Part shown: in pieces, positions 38,385-51,768 of the stretch | Numbering within the stretch: the first letter of the stretch is position 1 | How the letters are laid out: each line of letters begins with the position of its first letter | From: Macrostomum lignano | Taxonomy: Eukaryota | Direction of reading: 5' to 3' | Length of the DNA stretch: 64,000 nt | NCBI GenBank assembly: GCA_002269645.1 | Contig: NIVC01000932.1 | Span: 62,001 to 126,000, forward strand | Notes under the pieces: generated by a model | The model's database searches: none | The model's input: only the letters and a program-made list of their open reading frames with translations | What the model was told of the DNA's origin: nothing | Program-made: the position numbers and the translations under genes

Positions 38385-39165
38385 AGAGATAGGAGAGATT
38401 AGGACAGGGAGAGCTAGAGAGATAGGAGAGACAAAAGAGCTGGTAGGAATAGGACAGACAGAGCTGGGAGAGATAAGACAGACAGCTGGGAGAGATAAGA
38501 CAGACAGCTGGGAGAGATAGGACAGACAGAGCTGGGAGGGATAGGACAGACAGAGCTGGGAGAGATAAGACAGACAGCTGGGAGAGATAGGACAGGCAGA
38601 GCTGGGAGAGATAGGACAGACAGAGCTGGGAGGGATAGAACAGGATGAGCTGGGAGGGATAGGACAGGCAGCTGGGAAAGAGAGGACAGACAGAGCTGGG
38701 AGGGATAGAACAGCAGAGCTGTGAAAGATAGGACAGGCAGAGCTGGGAGAGATAGGACAGACAGAGCTGGGAGGGATAGAACAGCAGAGCTGTGAAAGAT
38801 AGGACAGGCAGAGCTGGGAGAGATAGGACAGGCAGAGCTGGGAGAGATAGGACAGGCAGAGCTGGGATAGATAGGACAGACAGAGCTGGGAGAGATAGGA
38901 CAGATAGAGCTGGGATAGATAGGACAGACAGAGCTGGGAGAGATAGGACAGATAGAGCTGGGAGGGATAAGACAGACAACTGGGAGGGATAGGAGAGACA
39001 CAGCTGGGAGAGATAAGACAGACAACTGGGAGGGATAGGAGAGACACAGCTGGGAGAGATAGGAGAGACACAGCTGGGAGAGATAGGAGAGACACAGCTG
39101 AGAGAGATAAGACAGACAACTGGGAGGGATAGGACAGGCAGCTGGGAAAGATAGGAGACAGTAGA
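38385..39165. repeat. About 24-bp purine-rich minisatellite (gagctgggagagataggacagaca)
   Basis: Directly visible, degenerate. Confidence 0.88.
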
Positions 39166-40211
39166 ACAGGCCTCATAATGGAGCCGCATAATCAATAATG
39201 CAAAGCGGCACGAAGACCGCCGCATCGAATCCCAGCTCTAGAAACTGGGGCGTCACTCCCAAAGCGCATGAGCACTGTGCCAAGTACTTCAGTATTACTG
39301 CCACCAACGGGCCCCAGCTGCTCCAGCAGGAAACAGAGAATTGTTAATGAAATAAGACAGCTAGGAAATATATATGATGCTAATGACTCGCCAATATCCC
39401 ACCCACCAAGACAGCTCAAACGCCAGGTCTGAGCCAGCTTGATTCGAACTGTTGCCTCGGATACATCAAGGAAGCATATCATTGATTTAGGAATTTGCCC
39501 GGATAATGCATTTTTATTATTGAATTAATGTCGATGAATGGGGCAGAAAAAAAGATTTATTGATTTATTGATAGTCATATATTGGAGCGAAATATATATG
39601 AAAAACTGAAAACAAATAACTTGAAAAATTGAGATTTTTATCTTAATCACGAAAACGCTTAAAACGATTCGTTTTCTTACGTCTCAGCACGCAAATGGCT
39701 TGCGAAAAGTTCAATGTTTATTTGCAAAAATAGAATATTTATATGCGATCACATCGTATCATTCTACTACAGCTAAAACAGATATAGTAGTCTCTTCAGT
39801 GCACAATTTGCAAGATTATGGAATAGAGATTTCTGGGGTCATTTGGGGATAGGGAGCTTTCTATAGGCGATTTAGGGAGATTTCTATAGGCGATTTAGAG
39901 ATTTTCGGGGGAAGAGTTCTGGGGAAAATGGTAGATTTTAATGAGATGATTAAGAGAGAATCATACATATAGCTGCGGTTTGAGAATGTAAAGAGAATTT
40001 TACAGATCGATTCAATATAAAACTATAGGCACAAATTTGATGATGGCAAAAACAAGTAAAAACTGTATATGTCATTTATAATATTAAATTACGGATTTTG
40101 GCTGACAGAAGTATAGCTTATGCTTTCTGGTTACACAACATCATGTGGCAATAGTTCTATATACAGGGCGCTAATATAATCGGCGGAGGAACTTTAATAT
40201 CTAAGCTGTGG

Positions 40212-43200
40212 CTACCGGGCATAGGGCTTCATCAGCACCAGGGCCTCGTGACAGTTCAACGCTTTCAAGGACTCGCCAAGCCTCTTCAGCGTCAGCACCT
40301 TGAATCTCTTGGCCGCCTCTTCCAACACCTTCAGCGTAGCATCGTGGTTGGTAAGATTGTCCACGAGGATGTCCTCCTCCAGCGTCTCGGGAAGCTCCAG
40401 CGCTTGCCGGAGACGCGTCCAGGAGCTGCTCAGCTGGGGACACGCGGCCAGCTGGCTGAGCAAACCTGTGGGATGAAGTTGAGCAAGCGATTGGTGAGTA
40501 ATGGACTGCCGATAACATGACAGCTTTGCTGAGGGCCTGGGAGCTCGGCAAATGAGGATCTGGGAAGCTGGCCCAGCAAGTGAGGATCTGGGAAGCTGGC
40601 CCAGCAACTGAGCATTTGGGAAGCTGGCCCAGCAACTGAGGATCTGGGAGGCTGGCCCAGCAACTGACACTCTGGGAGGGTGGCCCAGCAACTGAGCATC
40701 TAAGAGACTGGCCCAGCAACTGAGGGTCTAGGAGGCTGGCCCAGCACCCTGACACTCTGGGAGGGTGGCCCAGCAACTGAGCATCTGGGAGGCTGGCCCA
40801 ATAACTGAGGATCTGAGAGGCTGGCTCAACAACTGAGGATCTGAGAGGCTGGCCCAGCAACTGAGGATCTGGGAGGCTGGCCCAACAACTGAGGATCTGA
40901 GAGGCTGACCTGACTTAGGAACTATCACAGGGTTTGGCAGGGGAAGCAGAAGCCCCAAGCCCGGAACTGACCGCCAGGCTGCATCGGCACGGGCTCCTCG
41001 GGCAGCTGCAGGTCGAACAGCGGGCTGAGCTGCACGCTCTCGCCAGACTTCAAGCGGTGCCGGTACACGTTGCCCAGCACCTTACCGATGGACACGGTCG
41101 GCTGGATGCCGCTGCCGCACTGCCCGCTGGATACGGTGCCGGTGCCGGAGTCCAGCCGCTGGACCAGTCTGCCACCGCCACCGCCGTCGAAGATGTTGAC
41201 AACGCCCGGCTGCTGCGGCAGCGGCTGGCAGTGGCTCTGCACAATGTTGCGCTCCCGAGCAAGCGCAGCCGCGGCGCTGCTGCCCGAATGCTGACGCTGC
41301 CACGACTCGGCGATGTCGCCGAACGTCGGCCGCTCCTCAGGATTCAGCGCCAGCATGGAGGTCATCGCCTCGGTTAGGCTGGCGCGAAGCTTGTCGAACT
41401 CCGACACGGGAGACTGCAGAGAGGCCTGCGAAGGACAAATAGAATTAGCACCGCTGCATGGTCAGCACCTACTGAACCTCAGCTGCACCATAAACACTCA
41501 CTCATTAGTGACCTCAGCTGCATCATAAACACTCCCTCAGTAGTGACCTCAGCTGCACCATAAACACTCCCTCATTAGTGACCTCAGCTGCACTATAAAT
41601 ACTTCCTCATTAGTGACCTCAGCTGCACCATAAACACTTTCTCAGTAGTGACCTCAGCAACACCATAAACACTTCCTCAGTAGTGACCTCAGCTGCACCG
41701 ACTCCATCATTAGTGACCTCAGTTGCACCATAAACACTCCCTCAGTAGTGACTTCAGCTGCACCATAAACACACCCTCAGTAGTGACCTCAGCTGCACCA
41801 TAAACACTCACTCATTAGTGACCTCAGCTGCACCATAAACACTTTCTCATTAGTGACTTCAGCTGCACAATAAACACTCCCTCATTAGTGACCTCAGCTG
41901 CACCATAAACACTCACTCATTAGTGACCTCAGCTGCACCATAAACACTCACTCATTAGTGACCTCAGCTGCACCATAAACACTCACTCATTAGTGACCTC
42001 AGCTGCACCATAAACACTCACTCATTAGTGACCTCAGCTGCACCATAAACACTTTCTCATTAGTGACTTCAGCTGCACAATAAACACTCACTCATTAGTG
42101 ACCTCAGCTGCACTATAAATACTTCCTCATTAGTGACCTCAGCTGCACCACAAACACTTTCTCAGTAGTGACCTCAGCAACACCATAAACACTTCCTCAG
42201 TAGTGACCTCAGCTGCACCAACTCCATCATTAGTGACCTCAGTTGCACCATAAACACTCCCTCAGTAGTGACTTCAGCTGCACCATAAACACTCCCTCAG
42301 TAGTGACCTCAGCTGCACCATAAACACTTTCTCATTAGTGACTTCAGCTGCACAATAAACACTCACTCATTAGTGACCTCAGCTGCACCATAAACACTCA
42401 CTCATTAGTGACCTCAGCTGCACCATAAACACTTTCTCATTAGTGACTTCAGCTGCACAATAAACACTCACTCATTAGTGACCTCAGCTGCACCATAAAC
42501 ACTCACTCATTAGTGACCTCAGCTGCACCATAAACACTCCCTCATTAGTGACCTCAGCTGCACTATAAATACTTCCTCATTAGTGACCTCAGCTGCACCA
42601 TAAACACTCACTCATTAGTGACCTCAGCTGCACCATAAACACACCCTCAGTAGTGACCTCAGCTGCACCATAAACACTCACTCATTAGTGACCTTAGCTG
42701 CACCATAAACACTTTCTCATTAGTGACTTCAGCTGCACAATAAACACTCACTCATTAGTGACCTCAGTTGCACCGACTCCCTCATTAGTGATGTTAATGA
42801 TGTTAACATGCTTTTTATGCTAATGGAAGTTAAGAATGTTATTAACGATTCCCAGCACTGATGAAGCTTAAAGGCATCACACCGCACAATAGCAGCCAGA
42901 CGCACCGGGTATTGCTGAAAGCATTCGGTCTCCAGCATAGCGGCCAGTCTGCCAGGCAGTTGACCACTTAACACCATCTGCTTGTACTCGGGTATGCCTA
43001 GCCCGGAGATTCTCTGTCTGAGGCTGGCACAGATCAGGGACTCGCACAGGCACACGCCGAACAGGAAGCGATCGATGTACACATCCGGCTGGCGCAGCGG
43101 GTCCAGCAGCAGTTCCGGCGGCCGGCGCTCGATGCCAATCCGCTGCTCAAGATCCAGGGTGTTCTGCGACACCAGCGAGTTGAGACTCTTTGATAGGCCG

Positions 43201-45196
43201 AAATCGCTTAGCTGTGGAAATGGCAGCGCAGTATTGAGGCAGTATTTCTTTGGCGAACAATTGAAGGTCATGACAGTTTCTAATCAACCGACCACTTCTG
43301 TACAGCGGCCCTGACTTTCATAAGGCCTGTACACTCACTGTGCCTTGACTTGCTACCCAACCTGCAAACTAACTATTCCTACCTTGGCCCTAAAGTCGCC
43401 AGTAATCAGCACATTATCGATAGCCAAATCTTTGTGCAACACGGGCGGCTCCTGTTCATCTTGCAGACAGCGCATTGCTTGGCAGACGTCCAGCATGAAG
43501 GATTGGACCAGCCAGGGGAATCTGCTGGTCTCCAGGCCCTGACAGGTAGGAGGGCGAGCGGGATACTCGGTTTCACAGAATGAACTGATGGATCTACGGG
43601 TTGGTTTAATACTTGGGTTGGTGTGTACAGCTAGGGATTGTGTACAGCCAGGGATTGGTGTGTACAGCTACGGACTGATGTGTACAGCTAGGGATTGATG
43701 TGTACAGCTAGGGATTGATGTGTACAGCTAGGGATTGATGTGTACAGCTAGGGATTGATCTGTACAGCTAGGGATTGGTGTGTGTGTACAGCTAGGGATT
43801 GGTGTTTACAGCTAGGGATTGATGTGCACAGCTAGGAATTGATGTGTACAGCTAGGGATTGGTGTGTACAGCCAGGGATTGGTGTGTACAGCCAGGGATT
43901 AGTGTGTACAGCCAAGGATTGGTGTGTACAGCAAGGGATTGGTGTGTACAGCTAGGGATTGATGTGTACGCTAGGGATTGGTGTGTGTACATCTAGGGAT
44001 TGATCTGTACAGCTAGGGATTGATCTGTACAGCTAGGGATTGATGTGTACAGCTAGGGGTTGATCTGTACAGCTAGGGATTGATCTGTACAGCTAGGGAT
44101 TGATGTGTACAGCTAGGGGTTGATGTGTACAGCTAGGGATTGATGTATACACCTAGGGATTGGTGGGCACAGCTAGGGATTGAGGTGTACAGCTAGGGAT
44201 TGATGTGTACAGCTAGGGGTTTATCTGTACAGCTAGGGATTGATGTGTACAGCCAGGGATTGATGTGTACAGCCAGGGATTGATGTGTACAGCTAGGGAT
44301 TGATGTGTACAGCCAGGGATTGGCGTGTACAGCCAGGGATTGGTGTTTACAGCCAAGGATTCGTGTGTACAGCTAGGGATTGATGTGTGCAGCTAGGGAT
44401 TGGTGTGTACAGCTAGGGATTGATGTGTACAGCTAGGGATTGGTGTGTGTACAGCCAGGGATTGATGTATACAGCTAGGGATTGATGTGTACAGCTAGGG
44501 ATTGATGTATACACCTAGGGATTGGTGGGCACAGCTAGGGATTGAGGTGTACAGCTAGGGATTGATGATGTGTACAGCTAGGGATTGGTGATGTGTACAG
44601 CTAGGGATTGATGATGTGTACAGCTAGGGATTGGTGTGCACAGCTAGGGATTGATGGACTCTCCAGTGCACCAACTTACCGCCCGACTAAATCTATTAAG
44701 AAAGTTTCTGAGATCGCCAAAATCGCAGTGCTCCATCAGGTAGCCATTAAAAATATTGTTGCAGATGTACAGGCCGTGTACTTTTACAATATGACGCGAC
44801 TGATCGCTCAGCTTTTTTAGCAAAGTGATCTCTTTTTGAAGCTTTTTCAGAGCCCTGCAGGTAGAACAGTTTGTCATGAAGCCTTCATATAGATATTGCA
44901 ATTGTCAACTGAAATTCTGGATAGTGGCGAAAGCTTCCAAACTTACCAAACCTTGTCTGCAGACTCGGTGGTATTTCTAAGCATTTTGATGACACAATGA
45001 ATGCCCTGCCATTTGCATGAGTAAATATCCCCAAATGAACCACGAGCTAAAATGAATAAACAGAATTATGTTAATAAAGGTAAGTGTTTGTTAAAATTTG
45101 CAGGAAAATTTAACTCAATTGCTTGCCTAAAAATTCCTTTTCAGAAACTTGTTCGTCAGTGACAAAGGAGAGCTTTGATTCCTGTGCTGCAGCCAT
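40212..45196 (-). CDS. TKL-group kinase with C-terminal death domain (RIPK1-like architecture), 7 exons, about 510 aa
   Basis: Exons 45196-45127 (GC donor), 45046-44947 (ARGSFG...CVIK), 44854-44680 (KEITLL...LMEHCDFGDL), 43538-43383 (VLHKDLAIDNVLI), 43211-42888 (DFG...RPPE), 41425-40972 (PEERPTF plus linker), 40465-40212 (SWTRLRQALEL...TLKRLGESLKALNCHEAL, death-domain pattern). All phases consistent, 1533 nt. Confidence 0.85.
40548..40908. repeat. 28-bp minisatellite (gctggcccagcaactgaggatctgggag)
   Basis: Directly visible in the last intron of the kinase gene. Confidence 0.9.
41475..42790. repeat. 35-bp minisatellite (tagtgacctcagctgcaccataaacactcactcat), about 37 copies
   Basis: Directly visible, intronic. 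Confidence 0.95.
43618..44655. repeat. 20-bp minisatellite (gtgtacagctagggattgat), about 50 copies
   Basis: Directly visible, intronic. Confidence 0.95.
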
Positions 45197-45897
45197 TGCA
45201 ATTGCTCTGAAATTGATAAAAATAACAATAATAATATTTTTTCCACACTAGATATAGATTGCATTAAACTTTGGATAAACATTTATAGCCATAGTTTGGT
45301 TAGCTAATTATCGAATCATTCAGATAGTTGCTGCACATCTTTTACAAATTAATATTATTCAAAACAGAATAGGCATACCTAGTTGCAACAAATCTTACAA
45401 AAAAGTTCCAAGACAGATGTACAAAATTGGCTATCCTTTATTGGCCAATACCCTTCTTATGTTGTCTTTGAAAGTTATTTAGGAATAAAAAACAAATGTC
45501 TTGGCTAAAAGCTAGATATAACAACATCTCCTTAGCCTAGGTATAGAAGGTGCTAAATTGCAAATTTAATATTAATAACATCAGGAACTCCTGGGTGCAC
45601 ATTTTGCTTAAGGAGCCCAGCAAAGCAGACCTAGAAGGTCAGTCATACACTATTCTCAATCTGGCCCTTGAGGTAAAAAGTTTGCTGACCTTTGCACTAA
45701 AAGCATTAGGCTTAGACATATTAGATAAAAACTATAGTAGAATGGGATTGAGAACAACATGAACTATTATATTAGCTAATACCCTTAGCTTCCAAGACTC
45801 AATAAAGCCAAAGCTGAAAACTAGCCAACACTTGTTTAAAATTCAAAAAGGGCATTTGGAGGATCATGCTAAAAAGTAGGTAGTTCCAATCCAACAC

Positions 45898-46540
45898 CCA
45901 TAGTGCGGAAGGACAGGTATACGCCAGAAATCTCCATCGTACACAGGGATCGCCTGTCGTACATGTCGTACATTGCTAATTTTTGGGGGGCACTATGTCG
46001 TACACTGTCGTACATGTAAACATGTTACATGTCTGTCTGTCGTACACTTGTCAATGTCATATGACTCATACGTGAAGTATAGACAGTATTCCTTTGATGG
46101 ACAATCGGACACTAGTACCAGATACTCGTAGTCTCGTAACTAACTCATAACGTCGTTGTTAACGTATTGCGTTAAAGCAAAGAAGTAAAAATTCAATAGT
46201 TGCACTTTTCCACTCAAAGGGTAATTTAAATTATCAGTATTATATTCGTACAAACTCTTAAATTCAATTTTATTGGCGCAAAACTATACTTGACATTGCA
46301 AGCAAAAAAGTACAATATATCTGTTGTTTTACTTTGCATATTAAAAAAATGCAATATCAAGAATTTCCCGCACCTACCCACATATGTAAGTGCCACTATT
46401 TTTGTTGTACAGCACTTCCTTAAACTCTAACTCTGTCGTACAACACTAGTACCATTTTCCAATCCCTGTCGTACTGTCGTACAACAGGCCGAAATGAAAA
46501 TTTACCTTCCGTCGTATACAGAAATCCTTCCGCACTATGG
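45898..46540. mobile_element. Non-autonomous DNA transposon (MITE), hAT- or P-type
   Basis: 16-bp perfect TIRs CCATAGTGCGGAAGGA/TCCTTCCGCACTATGG; 8-bp TSD TCCAACAC (45890-45897 and 46541-46548); multiple subterminal GTCGTACA motifs at both ends. Confidence 0.9.
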
Positions 46541-47677
46541 TCCAACACCCTTGCTAGTATAGCTTAGTGCATCTAAAATCTATAAGTCTATATAGTATAC
46601 ATCTGCAGGTTTTCTAAAAGCTCCTAATGACAAATGTATATTTATTTATTTTTAATTATTGTCATATACGAGTATTAAAACAAGAAACAAATAATCTAAA
46701 TTTAAATCAATATATATCAAGCTTTTTATACCTAATATGATAGGTTGATACAGTAATAATGCACCAAATTTTAATTTTAAGTTTTTTAATTTTAATTTAA
46801 ACTTAAAACTACGACCTAATTTAACTATTTTTGTCAATTCTAATTTTAGAGAAAAATCTAATTAGAATCCTATTTTACAAAAAAACTTTATTAATATTAA
46901 TAGAGCTATAAATAGGCACAATATATCAAAAGATAAGCATTGGGTTTGCATCCTATTGAAATTAGGCCTAATAACATATTTGAGCTGAAAAATGAAAAAT
47001 TCCTATCTTAATAATGCATTTTTGGAAAACCTACCTTATAAAATTTTTCAAGAAACAAGGTTTCTTGTCCTTTTTAATTGAGTAGTCCTTGGTTTAAAAG
47101 TATCATATCATAGTCCCATATTTTGTTATATAATAAATTTCACAATATATTAATTATAGAAGTATTCCAATTAAAATTTATTTTATTCTAAAGTAGGCCT
47201 AGTGCATAAAATAATTGCTAGAGGTAATTTTGTACTATTTAAGACATTATTCCTAGTTATTCTTTGTATTTTGCCTGTATTTTAGTATTTTACTCTTTAT
47301 TTTACTGGAAGTATTGCATCTAATACTCAACTTTGCATATTCTAATCTAAGGGCTGCCAGAGTGCTAGGCATAGGTATTTTGATACAAATGTTTTTTGGT
47401 GCCCTAGTATGATTTTCACCTTTAGGGCCAACTTTTAATATGCTAATAATAAAAACTTGGGGCCTATTTAATTCTTCTTCAAAGCCAAAGGTTATTAAAA
47501 GCTAGAGTTAGGCCTATTAATACAACCTATCTAACTGAAGTACTTAAAGCCATTAAAAGAAGTAAAATTAAAATAAAATAATTGCTCGAATAGATGTAAA
47601 GCAAATCATTAATGTACAACTGTGTTGATTAATACGATATGGTCACATTCGTCCGAGGTGTGGAAACAGTAAAATCT

Positions 47678-48658
47678 ACGCATTTGTTTCCCGATCGATA
47701 TTCAGATTGATATTCGAAAACTAACAAAATCTCTGCCCTGCAAAAATATTTTAGAACGCCGTTTGACAGAAAAAAAGTGCAACTAAGAACATTGCAAAAA
47801 TAAAGTTTCAGCTCTATCCGTCACTCTGGCTCGAAATGGCACCGATTTTCGATGTGCTCCCATTTAAAATACATGTGATTTTATAAGGCAGATCGATATT
47901 CGAGTTCGCTCACTTTGGCTTGACCATTCAACACGAAATTTTACACACTAAAAAGTGCAACTAAGAAACCGATAAATATGCAGTTTCAGCTCGATCTGTC
48001 ACTCTGGCTCGAAATGGCACTGATTTTCGATGTGCTCCCATTTAAAATACATGTGATTTCGCCAAAGTGAGCGAACTCGAATATCGATCTGCCTTATAAA
48101 ATCACATGTATTTTAAATGGGAGCACATAGAAAATCGGTGCCATTTCGAGCCAGAGTGACGGATCGAGCTGAAACTGTATATTTATCGGTTTCTTAGTTG
48201 CACTTTTTAGTGTGTAAAATTTCGCGTTGAATGGTCAAGCCAAAGTGAGCGAACTCGAATATCGATCTGCCTTATAAAATCACATGTATTTTAAATGGGA
48301 GCACATCGAAAATCGGTGCCATTTCGAGCCAGAGTGACAGATCGAGCTGAAACTGCATATTTATCGGTTTCTTAGTTGCACTTTTTAGTGTGTAAAATTT
48401 CGTGTTGAATGGTCAAGCCAAAGTGAGCAAACTCGAATATCGATCTGCCTTATAAAATCACATGTATTTCAAATGGGAGCACATCGAAAATCGGTGCCAT
48501 TTCGAGCCAGAGTGACGGATAGAGCTGAAACTTTATTTTTGCAATGTTCTTAGTTGCACTTTTTTTCTGTCAAACGGCGTTCTAAAATATTTTTGCAGAG
48601 CAGAGATTTTGTTAGTTTTCGAATATCAATCTGAATATCGATCGGGAAACAAATGCGT
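47678..48658. mobile_element. Foldback/Mutator-like non-autonomous element with modular long inverted arms
   Basis: Left arm is the reverse complement of the right; arms built partly from a 178-bp subunit (48061, 48239, 48417); 9-bp TSD GTAAAATCT (47669-47677 and 48659-48667). Confidence 0.88.
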
Positions 48659-49904
48659 GTAAAATCTCTCCCCGGGGGCGCGATAGATTTTCGAAGTTAA
48701 ATTAATACACTGTTATTTGCGCTGTATTTCTTAGAACCTGCCGATGTTTAAAACAAAAGCTATGTTGATTGAAGCAGACTCCGTCTGCTGGATTCCTTAC
48801 GTCTAGACGGATAGTAGCTGTGGCTGAGCGGTCTCTTGTGTACCAGTATTGAGAATATAGTACAGAGCGGGTCAATTCAGTGCATATAGCTCGTATTAAG
48901 AATGAGGCCTAGGGGCTGGTTGGAGTGAAAAGCAACGATGCATTCTAGTTAAGAGCCAAGGACAACTAGAAGTGATCAAGGACCACTAGAAGTGGAGCTT
49001 CTGGGGCTCAAATGTAGTGCAGGCTTCTTTATAGTCGAGTAGAATGCTTTTTGAAGGCAAGCATCGCTAAACACACGTAAACGAGCGGGCCTTCAAATAA
49101 TTTTGCAATATTTACGAGTGTTACGTCCTGATTCAACGGTAACTTCTAGTGGTCCTTGTCCTTGATAAGGGCACTGGAGGAAATATAACTTTAGGCTAAG
49201 ACTTATTTCAGACTAGACTTTTGACTAGAATCTTCAGACCATGGCTACCTCGGAGCGGGGCAAAGACAGTTATTGTATGGGAAAACTCTTTTCTTACGGG
49301 GAGTAGCCAGCAAACATATAATAAGACTCGATTCGTATTTCTATGTGAGTCATTTTCCACAACAGAACGTTGGCCACACAAGGACAACTTAAAGTAGGAC
49401 GCGAATCGATTTTTTATGTTAATTGGTCTGTCACTTGAAAAGAACGTTTAAAATAATGACAAGACCAACTTCCGAGCTAAAATGAAAAATCGATTAATGC
49501 GTCGTTAGAGCAGCACGTGAGGCACAAAATAGTGTAATTAGAACTTTCTCTGACACTGTTAAGAGACTCAATCACTGTTTTAGTGTTGAAAATCGTGAAA
49601 TTTCCTATCTCCGTAGTACATATTTTTCTGGTGAAACTGAAACCTGCCTTTAAAACTATTTCTGAACGAAAAGCTTTATGAATATCGATAGAGCAATAAG
49701 AAAGGCACAACATATCAAAAGATGAACACTGGATCTGCTTTCTACTCGTATCAAAAGCAATAACAATTTTTGTACTGAAAAAATTAAAACCTCCTATCTC
49801 TGTAGTGTATTTTTTCGGCGAAAAGTTGCCTTCAAAACATTTACCATAGATTTTAAGTGTAGCGTCCTATATATATGTTACTTGAGTAGTCCTTGTGGCC
49901 ACAA

Positions 49905-50690
49905 GGATAACGTCGGCAATTTCGGCACCCACACCCTCTGATCCCTGGCGAACTGCGGAACTCCGACAGTTTCATGGAGCCGATGGATTGAGGCCTTTGA
50001 GTTTTAAGTTAAGCAGTCCGAAGGGAAAGCCGCACCAGACCCGCTACAAAAGAACATTCTGCTTGATCTGCTTTGCTTTGGAATTCCAGCGGGTAATCCA
50101 AGCACGCCAAGATATGACGACTCATTCAAGCAGACAAAGGCAAGCTGGAGATTATTTTTGCGGATAAAACCAACGTACGTGATGGTCGTTCGATTGCTCT
50201 TTCGCCACCGTCAGCAGCCACTGGGCAAGGATGTGAAGATCTTTACGGCAGCCCTGTGAGATTTGACGGAGTCGTGCAACTTTGCGCACCATGCAAGATG
50301 AGCTCATTATGCAGGGACCAGCTCGCTGAGAAGACTAGCAATCCCAGAGAACGAGCGAGATTACTCACTGAGAAGCTGGAAGATCTCAACTTGTCGAAGG
50401 CACTCAGCAACGTAGTATAAATCGAGGAGGCCTCCAAAGAAGCAAAGGCCATGGCTTGAACAACCTTATCTACCGCCATGGCTATTATCATTCAATCAAT
50501 TCGTGAGCCGAAATCTCAGAAGTTTACGAGAGCTAATCAGCGCCCGGGCATCGGTTGCTAAAGAGGCCAAAACCAGTGGCACATGCACGCGCTGTGGAAG
50601 AGACCATGATGAACCCAACGATGCCTTTACCAAGAAAAATCACTTCCGTAAGTTATCCGCAGTCATCAGGTTTCCGCCGACGAGGTGATT
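49905..50690 (+). pseudogene. Decayed Ty3/Gypsy gag fragment
   Basis: Interrupted frames give RWIEAFEF*, KKNILLDL, LFRHRQQ...AAL*DLTESCNF, MQDELI, RARLLTEKLEDLNLSKAL...IEEASKEAKAM and a zinc-knuckle remnant CTRCGRDH...KKNHF; multiple stops and frameshifts. Confidence 0.7.
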
Positions 50691-51768
50691 ACCGTCTGCG
50701 CTGTACCCGGCGTTGACTCGGAGGTCTGTGCCATGCACGCTGGAACTCGGACAGTACAGGACTGCCATCAGCTGCTATCCTTGCGGACTGTTTAAATAGC
50801 GCGGCCAGTCCGTTTTAATTGAAATTTTCTATTATGCAGCTATTTGTGGTTGAACTTTCTGGTTCTGGCTCTATTTATGTCTTTTTAGTTCAATTAAGTC
50901 GTTCAAGTTGTTAGATACTAGCGATGAAGTTTCCCAAATCCTGTAAACTATTGAATGCATTGGGTGTATTGAATACACTAGCGCTTATGATAAAAAATCT
51001 GACCTTCTAGCAGTCGCTGAATATCTCGACCGTCCTCGAGCGTCTCGAGCTGGCGACGTGATTCTTGTTTGAGAAGATGCGCAACTAGAAGTTAGCCATG
51101 TTCTTGAATTTCGTGTTCCTGCGTTGCTCCGTTCCGTCGCGGCAAAAAAATTTTCTGGGGAATTCCCTTTGATAGTTCGCCGGACGCAAAAAGGCTTTGT
51201 ATTTTAAATGTTAAACAACAATGCAAATTTATATTTTTTCGTAATTCTCTTAGAACTCAGAAAACTTGCAAAGCCCAAAAAACTCCGAAAATTCGGTCCA
51301 AATCCCGCCTCGAACATTCATCGAGACCCCCGATGATCCCGACCCCAAATCCCTGAGCCCCAAACACCTCTCCTTCTAACACCAAAGCCCCAAAAAGAGT
51401 GAGACCTGGGCACCCTGCGTCCAGACCGTAGGTTACGTAGGCTGATGGAAAAGAATAAGTAATCTTAAAATAATGAAAATGAAACCATGCAACAACAAAA
51501 AGTCGCATATTCAATACGGAACCATTAATTTTGTGATGCCAGATACACACACATCGAACAAAGCTTCAAAACGTTTTTCTCAAAGAGATCCTGTCGAATG
51601 TATTTGACTCTTTCATGTGCGTTCAATTTGGTCCAAACTTTTACCTTCAAAATTCACTGGACAATGCAAAATTAAACGGTATTTAGGATGTTTTTAGTTT
51701 TCTTTTACTTTGAAATGAGTTTTGACATGATTTTTCTCGTAAACCGATCACTGGAGCAGCTCGCAGCT

